This document shows positions 58,127 to 64,000 of a stretch of DNA of 64,000 nt, piece by piece. Every line of letters starts with the position of its first letter. The stretch's first letter is position 1. The position numbers and the translations under genes are program-made. The DNA is from Eledone cirrhosa (taxonomy: Eukaryota). The notes beneath the pieces are model-generated. The model ran no database searches, had not been told where the DNA came from, and worked only from the letters and a program-made list of their open reading frames with translations. Location of the stretch: contig OZ024742.1 of the NCBI GenBank assembly GCA_964016885.1, forward strand, positions 133,362,001 through 133,426,000, read 5' to 3'.

Positions 58127-58559
58127 TACCCATCTTCCGGCTTCTCTGGAGAATTGTAAAAGAAATGTGTTTCCTTGAAAACTCGTATGACTCTAAAACC
58201 CGGTCCGCCTGTGTGGTTACATACAGACTAGCTGACACTCACTGTAAAGTGTCTAGTGAAAAGCTGAGTACATGTACATATGTATACATGTGTGTATTTA
58301 TATGCATACTAATACTTCCGTATACATATGTAGATGTACACTTTAACTTAATTGTTTAAGCGTCAGTCATACAAAAGTGAGTTAGAAGCGAAACGAAGTT
58401 TGATTTCGTTTCGTTATTTGTTTTTATCGTTTCCGCTGAACCGGTGCGTACAATGACTCACGTTCTATGCAAATTGGTCTACCCACTACTAATTTTCATA
58501 GAAAAAGCATATAACGATATGTGCTTTTACAATTCTCCAGAGAAGCCGGAAGATGGGTA

Positions 58560-58604
58560 AATATTGCTGATGAGATGTAATAACATCGAAACTAGTCCAA
58601 TATT
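58560..58604 (+). ncRNA. Type I hammerhead ribozyme (array copy 3); predicted cleavage after GUC at 58597
   Basis: Stem I aatattg/caatatt, CUGAUGA 58567-58573, stem II gatgt/acatc, GAAA 58588-58591, palindromic ACUAGU stem III. Confidence 0.92.
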
Positions 58605-59028
58605 CCTGTCTGGCCCTCTGGAGAATAGAGGAAATGTGTTTCCTTGAAAACTCGTATGACTCTAAAACCCGGTCCGCCTGTGTGGTTACATACAGACTAG
58701 CTGACACTCACTGTAAAGTGTCTAGTGAAAAGCTGAGTACATGTACATATGTATACATGTGTGTATTTATATGCATACTAATACTTCCGTATACATATGT
58801 AGATGTACACTTTAACTTAATTGTTTAAGCGTCAGTCATACAAAAGTGAGTTAGAAGCGAAACGAAGTTTGATTTCGTTTCGTTATTTGTTTTTATCGTT
58901 TCCGCTGAACCGGTGCGTACAATGACTCACGTTCTATGCAAATTGGTCTACCCACTACTAATTTTCATAGAAAAAGCATATAACGATATGTGCTTTTACA
59001 ATTCTCCAGAGAAGCCGGAAGATGGGTA

Positions 59029-59073
59029 AATATTGCTGATGAGATGTAATAACATCGAAACTAGTCCAATATT
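59029..59073 (+). ncRNA. Type I hammerhead ribozyme (array copy 4); predicted cleavage after 59066
   Basis: Identical motif. Confidence 0.92.
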
Positions 59074-59497
59074 CCTGTCTGGCCCTCTGGAGAATAGAGG
59101 AAATGTGTTTCCTTGAAAACTCGTATGACTCTAAAACCCGGTCCGCCTGTGTGGTTACATACAGACTAGCTGACACTCACTGTAAAGTGTCTAGTGAAAA
59201 GCTGAGTACATGTACATATGTATACATGTGTGTATTTATATGCATACTAATACTTCCGTATACATATGTAGATGTACACTTTAACTTAATTGTTTAAGCG
59301 TCAGTCATACAAAAGTGAGTTAGAAGCGAAACGAAGTTTGATTTCGTTTCGTTATTTGTTTTTATCGTTTCCGCTGAACCGGTGCGTACAATGACTCACG
59401 TTCTATGCAAATTGGTCTACCCACTACTAATTTTCATAGAAAAAGCATATAACGATATGTGCTTTTACAATTCTCCAGAGAAGCCGGAAGATGGGTA

Positions 59498-59542
59498 AAT
59501 ATTGCTGATGAGATGTAATAACATCGAAACTAGTCCAATATT
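59498..59542 (+). ncRNA. Type I hammerhead ribozyme (array copy 5); predicted cleavage after 59535
   Basis: Identical motif. Confidence 0.92.
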
Positions 59543-59842
59543 CCTGTCTGGCCCTCTGGAGAATAGAGGAAATGTGTTTCCTTGAAAACTCGTATGACTC
59601 TAAAACCCGGTCCGCCTGTGTGGTTACATACAGACTAGCTGACACTCACTGTAAAGTGTCTAGTGAAAAGCTGAGTACATGTACATATGTATACATGTGT
59701 GTATTTATATGCATACTAATACTTCCGTATACATATGTAGATGTACACTTTAACTTAATTGTTTAAGCGTCAGTCATACAAAAGTGAGTTAGAAGCGAAA
59801 CGAAGTTTGATTTCGTTTCGTTATTTGTTTTTATATATATAT

Positions 59843-61900
59843 ATCATTATCCCTAAAAGGCAGATTGTTGTTGTTGTGTGTATGTGTGCGTATGTTCCAT
59901 GTTTATACATTTGCTCAATTTCAAACCAATTCGACTATTGAGTCGAATCGGTTTGAAATTGTGTCTGTAAGAATGTTGTAAATGGTCTAATTTAGGTCAA
60001 TAATTATTTATTTCATTCACACTCTCCCACAATTACAGAAATAATCGATAAAACTAAATACATGACGCTTTACCCTTCTAATACAATCTGAATTACTCTA
60101 CCTAACTCCCATACATACTGCAACTTTCTCTTATATACGCTTATAAACCCACTCCTTAATAATTTCCTTTAGAGAGAGAGAAAAACTTAAAGGAGGTAGC
60201 CAGAGAGACAGAGACAAACGTTAAATACATGACGCTTACATCTCTTACATACGCTTATAAACCCACTCCTTAATCATTTCACACAATTACATTTTGTGTA
60301 TAACATATTTACACGTTTATTAAGTGGAAAAAATACCACATAGGTATTTTTGGCCAAACAACTTCACATTGCTGCATATTCATACGTTTATTGCGTGAAA
60401 AAAAAACCACATAGGGATTTTTGGCCAAACAACTTCACATTGCTGACAGAAGCGCGCTTTAAACAAACTGTGAGTTATTTATTTGCCTCTGTAAGAATGT
60501 TGTCAATGGTCTAACTTAGGTCAACGACTATTTATTTATTTCAAAATCACCCACAATTACGGAAATAATTTCCTCTCTCTACTCCACATAAAAATCGAAA
60601 AACAAAAAATACATGCTCACACACAATTACATTTTGTGTATAACATATTTACACGTTTATTGAGTGAAAAAAAAAACAAATAGGGATTTTTGGCCAAACA
60701 ACTTCAAATTGCTGACAGAAGCGCTCTTTCAACAAACTGTGAGTAATTTATTTGCCGTTCGTTCTCTCATTATTTCCCCTGTGGAACGCAGACAGTTTTC
60801 AGCCTTATACTTTCGAAGGCAATGTTGCTGTAGAAGTAACTTTCACCCTTTCTTTTTCACATAAAATACCACCTAAAAAGAGAAGTCTCCTCGGTCGCCA
60901 TACCGCATCAGCGGCGGCGTAAAGGGCGATTTCAGCAAACGAGCCCCCCCGAGGAAACTGCTTTAAGACTTTCACAGAGCGCCTTACGTTTAGCGGAATG
61001 CAGAGCTGCTGAAAGTTTTCAACAACGCACCGCACGCCTAGCCAAGATGGCTTCATACGACGCCTCGAGACGTGCTGCGATGTGCGATTCAGAGTGGGCG
61101 ATATGTCATTAAAAAGAAAACGCTTCTACTGCTACTTCCAGGGCTTCAGAGGGCCTGGAACAAAGGTCGACTCGCCTGAATAGAAACGCTGCTGCTACTG
61201 CTGCTTCTAGGGCTTCAGAGGGCCCGGAACAAAGGGCGACTCGACTGAATAGAAAAGCTGCGGCTACTGCTGCTTCCAGGGCTTTGGAAGTTTTCGAACG
61301 GCGGACGAATCGCCTTGCTATGAACGCTGCGCCTATGACTGCTTCCATGGCTTCTGAAGATGAAGACAGCCGATCCATTAGGATTGCAAGGGTGGCTTCT
61401 GATACTGCTGCGAGAGCTTCCTACGACCCACATGAGCAACATTCTACAAGAAGCTGCCCGCGGTGTGACGAGCCCCGACAGCCCATACTGGCACCTACGG
61501 GCTTTCAAGTATGAGCCCAACGTTAACTACTCGATGCGTGCCGACATAAATATAGGGGAAATGTGCTTCAATTGCAAATTCTGTAACTGTAACTTCCGAC
61601 GCTGCCATGTTAGGCCTTCAAAACGACAATAGCAGGGACGAGGTCTCGGAGTACTTGGCAGGTCGATATATCAGCAGTGATGAAGCTTTTTGGCGGATAT
61701 TCGGGTTTCCACTTCACCAAAAACACCCCGCCATCATGCAATTAGTGGTTCATTTGGAAAACGGCCAGCGGGCTACTTTACTGAACAGATTGCTGCTGAT
61801 TTGGCCGCCAATCCAAAAGAAACAACTTTGACTGTTTTTTTTACGCTTTGCCAACTTGACACATTTGCAAAAACACTTTCATATCCTCAGGTCCCGTTAA
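59843..61900 (+). mobile_element. Internally deleted Helitron (5' end plus RepHel remnants)
   Basis: TC start followed by a TG tract and hairpin. ORF relic from ~60866 (PPKKRSLLGRHT), RASEGxEQR-type repeats and AFKYEPNVNYS...IGEMCFNCKFC, then DEVSEYLAGRYISSDEAFWRIFGFPLHQKHPAIMQLVVHLENGQR and TTLTVFFTLCQ. Confidence 0.85.
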
Positions 61901-62199
61901 TTGTACCAAATAAGGAAATACCCCCTAAGAAGTTCGGCTATTTATTTACCAGGCTAAACATTCTTATTTAGTCCAGAAATAGCCGTCGAACGGTTTGAGC
62001 TCTGCCGTCAGGATCATACTTGTTCCTATTATCCACTCTACTACCCTAAGTATTGAGTACTTTGGTGCGTTATGGTCCATCTGGTTGCTTAACACAATTC
62101 CGTCGTTATCTATCTCCTATCTCCGTAGTTGAGCACATTCCGACCCTACCACGCCTTATCCACACTTTTCCGCCCAGTTCAAGTTTTTTCAGCCGCACT

Positions 62200-64000
62200 A
62201 TGCGAAAACACAAATCGACTTCTCCACCAAGAACATGCCAGTTCCACCGAGAACACTTTACCTTCGGATGCTCACGCACAAAATTGACCTCTTTGCGAAA
62301 AGACTAAGATGGAGATCTTTTTTCTACGACAGATACCGTGACAATCAGGACTTCGATGCCAAAGAGAGATTCGGATTTAATACCTACAAATCTCCCCCTC
62401 CGAACCCTATGCTCTCACCCTTCGAGAACGACCTTTTCCAACTGGTCAAGAGCAATAAATTCAAACCCAGACACAACAGATTCCTACAAAAGCTCCGTAG
62501 AAAATTAACAGAGTATGAAAACACCAACGACATCATGGTGCACTCGGACAAAACTGGAAACCTCTACTTCGTCAACCCCGACAGATACCACACTCTGACC
62601 AGGAGCAGCATAAACTGCACCTATAAAAAGGCTAACCATTCAAGTATCGAGGACATAAATCGAGATGGACAACAAATTACCACAAGACTCGGGGTCGCCG
62701 ACCGCACTGAACCCCTAGACACATGGACACCCTACTTCACACTGAACGACCACGAATCCGACTTCGACCGCAAACCATCCATCAGGTTTACAAACCCAAC
62801 GAAGTCCGACCTAGGGAGAATCAGTAACTCTCTATGTAAAACTGGATGAATGTTGTGTCTCGTTTGTCCTCCATATTGCCGAACCATGAGATTACTTCCT
62901 GGGTGTTTATCCATAGGCTAAGTCTCGCGTTTTGCTTCACTTTTGTCATAACGCGGTCTAGGATTTTTTTTACTGATTCTTCCTAGGCAGATATTCGACG
63001 AGCATGTGCCTTATTACAACCAGGCCCTCAAGCGGAGTGGCTTCCGGGAGGAAATATCCTATTATCCAGCTTCCATTAGCGGAACCAGGCGACACCGCCG
63101 CTCACGCAACGTAACGTGGTTCAATCCTCCCCACAATGCCGAGGTGACCATACCTATCGGGAAAATCTTCTGTAGGCTGCTCGAAAAACACTTTCCACTA
63201 AAACACCGCTACCAGAACATAATCAACAAAAACACCATCAAACTCTCCTACAGCACCACACCTAACTTCGCACAAAACATCGTCTCCTCTAACAACAAAA
63301 TACTCTACCCCTATGGAAGAAATAACCTAGACACCAGTGGAGAGCCGACCAGGAGGTGTAACTGTCCTGATAGATCCATGTGCCCCTTCAACAACAGATG
63401 CCGAGATCGTAATGTGATCTACCAGTGCAACGTGAAGACGGACACCTTCAACAAATCTCATATAAGATTAACCGCTTGAGACTTCAAGACCCGGCTCTAC
63501 CAACACCGACATACTTTCCGAAACCCGGCCCGGTGACATGCCACTACACTTTCGGGCCACATCTGGGACCTCAAAGATAATAATATAACCTACAATCTCA
63601 CTTAGAGCTTACTGTCCAGAGCTAACTCTTACATGGAAGGATGCCGTCCGTGTAACTTATGCTCGGAGGAAACATTACAAATGATGTTTTCGAAGGACCA
63701 ACTCCTAAACAAGGAAGACGAACTGGTAACCGCATGCAAACACAGATTGCGTAGGACTTACCTCGCTCTCAAACCCCATAATGACCCAGGGGGAGGGGGG
63801 AGACAAGGGCTGATACCCCCCCCCACCTTGACGATTTTGTAAGGTGCTTACAAAGGTAGACGTAACTTTTTTATCTTTTCCTCTATGATTCCTTCTTCCC
63901 CCATCTCTTCCTAGTTATTCCACCCCAGATCTCCTTCCTCGTCTTTTTTTCACCTTTCGCCTACCCCGATGCAGCCCATCGACCCTCTGTAGCCTTAGTA
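62200..64000 (+). mobile_element. PLE with N-terminus, deleted RT core, internal inversion and GIY-YIG region
   Basis: ORF 62235-62849 (KRLRWRSFFY, SDKTGNLY, NPTKSDLGRIS) and ORF 63006-63479 (RNVTWFNPP, CNCPDRSMCPFNNRC, VIYQC), then CNLCSEE. Confidence 0.88.

Larger units (their letters stand above)
57521..59834. mobile_element. 469-bp tandem array of a hammerhead-bearing non-coding element (non-LTR retrozyme-like, family A)
   Basis: Identical ORFs recur at 58634, 59103 and 59572 (period 469). 57521-58162 is inverted (~1.4 units) and 58162-59834 is direct (~3.6 units); both ends abut (TA)n. Confidence 0.9.

Noticed and set aside
57858-59766. Repeated 64-, 72- and 126-aa ORFs in the array
   Set aside because: No recognisable motif, GTG starts, and not conserved in the sister family; identity simply reflects the DNA repeat.
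57521-59834. CRISPR-like array
   Set aside because: Whole units are identical with no unique spacers, the context is eukaryotic, and there are no cas genes.

Overview
AT-rich, microsatellite-dense eukaryotic (metazoan) DNA. The tRNA-derived SINEs and overall repeat landscape suggest an octopod cephalopod, but that is inference. I can support no intact host protein-coding gene, rRNA, tRNA or CRISPR array, and most listed ORFs are (TA)n/(CA)n artefacts or decayed transposon frames. The window is a transposon graveyard: at least 7 Penelope-like element (PLE) segments, 3 L1/Tx1-like fragments, a CRE-like element, RTE-like fragments, 2 Helitron remnants and many SINEs. The main signal is RNA-level. 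A near-perfect 469-bp tandem array (57521-59834; about 1.4 inverted plus 3.6 direct units) carries an intact type I hammerhead ribozyme in every complete unit (5 copies), i.e. a retrozyme-like non-coding element predicted to release 469-nt monomers that could circularise. A diverged sister family of about 425 bp (10609-11394 and 12861-13144) shares the hammerhead architecture, an ATGCAAAT octamer and a terminal hairpin, and its copies are circularly permuted. Several further hammerheads sit at PLE termini. All structures were folded by eye and boundaries of decayed elements are approximate.
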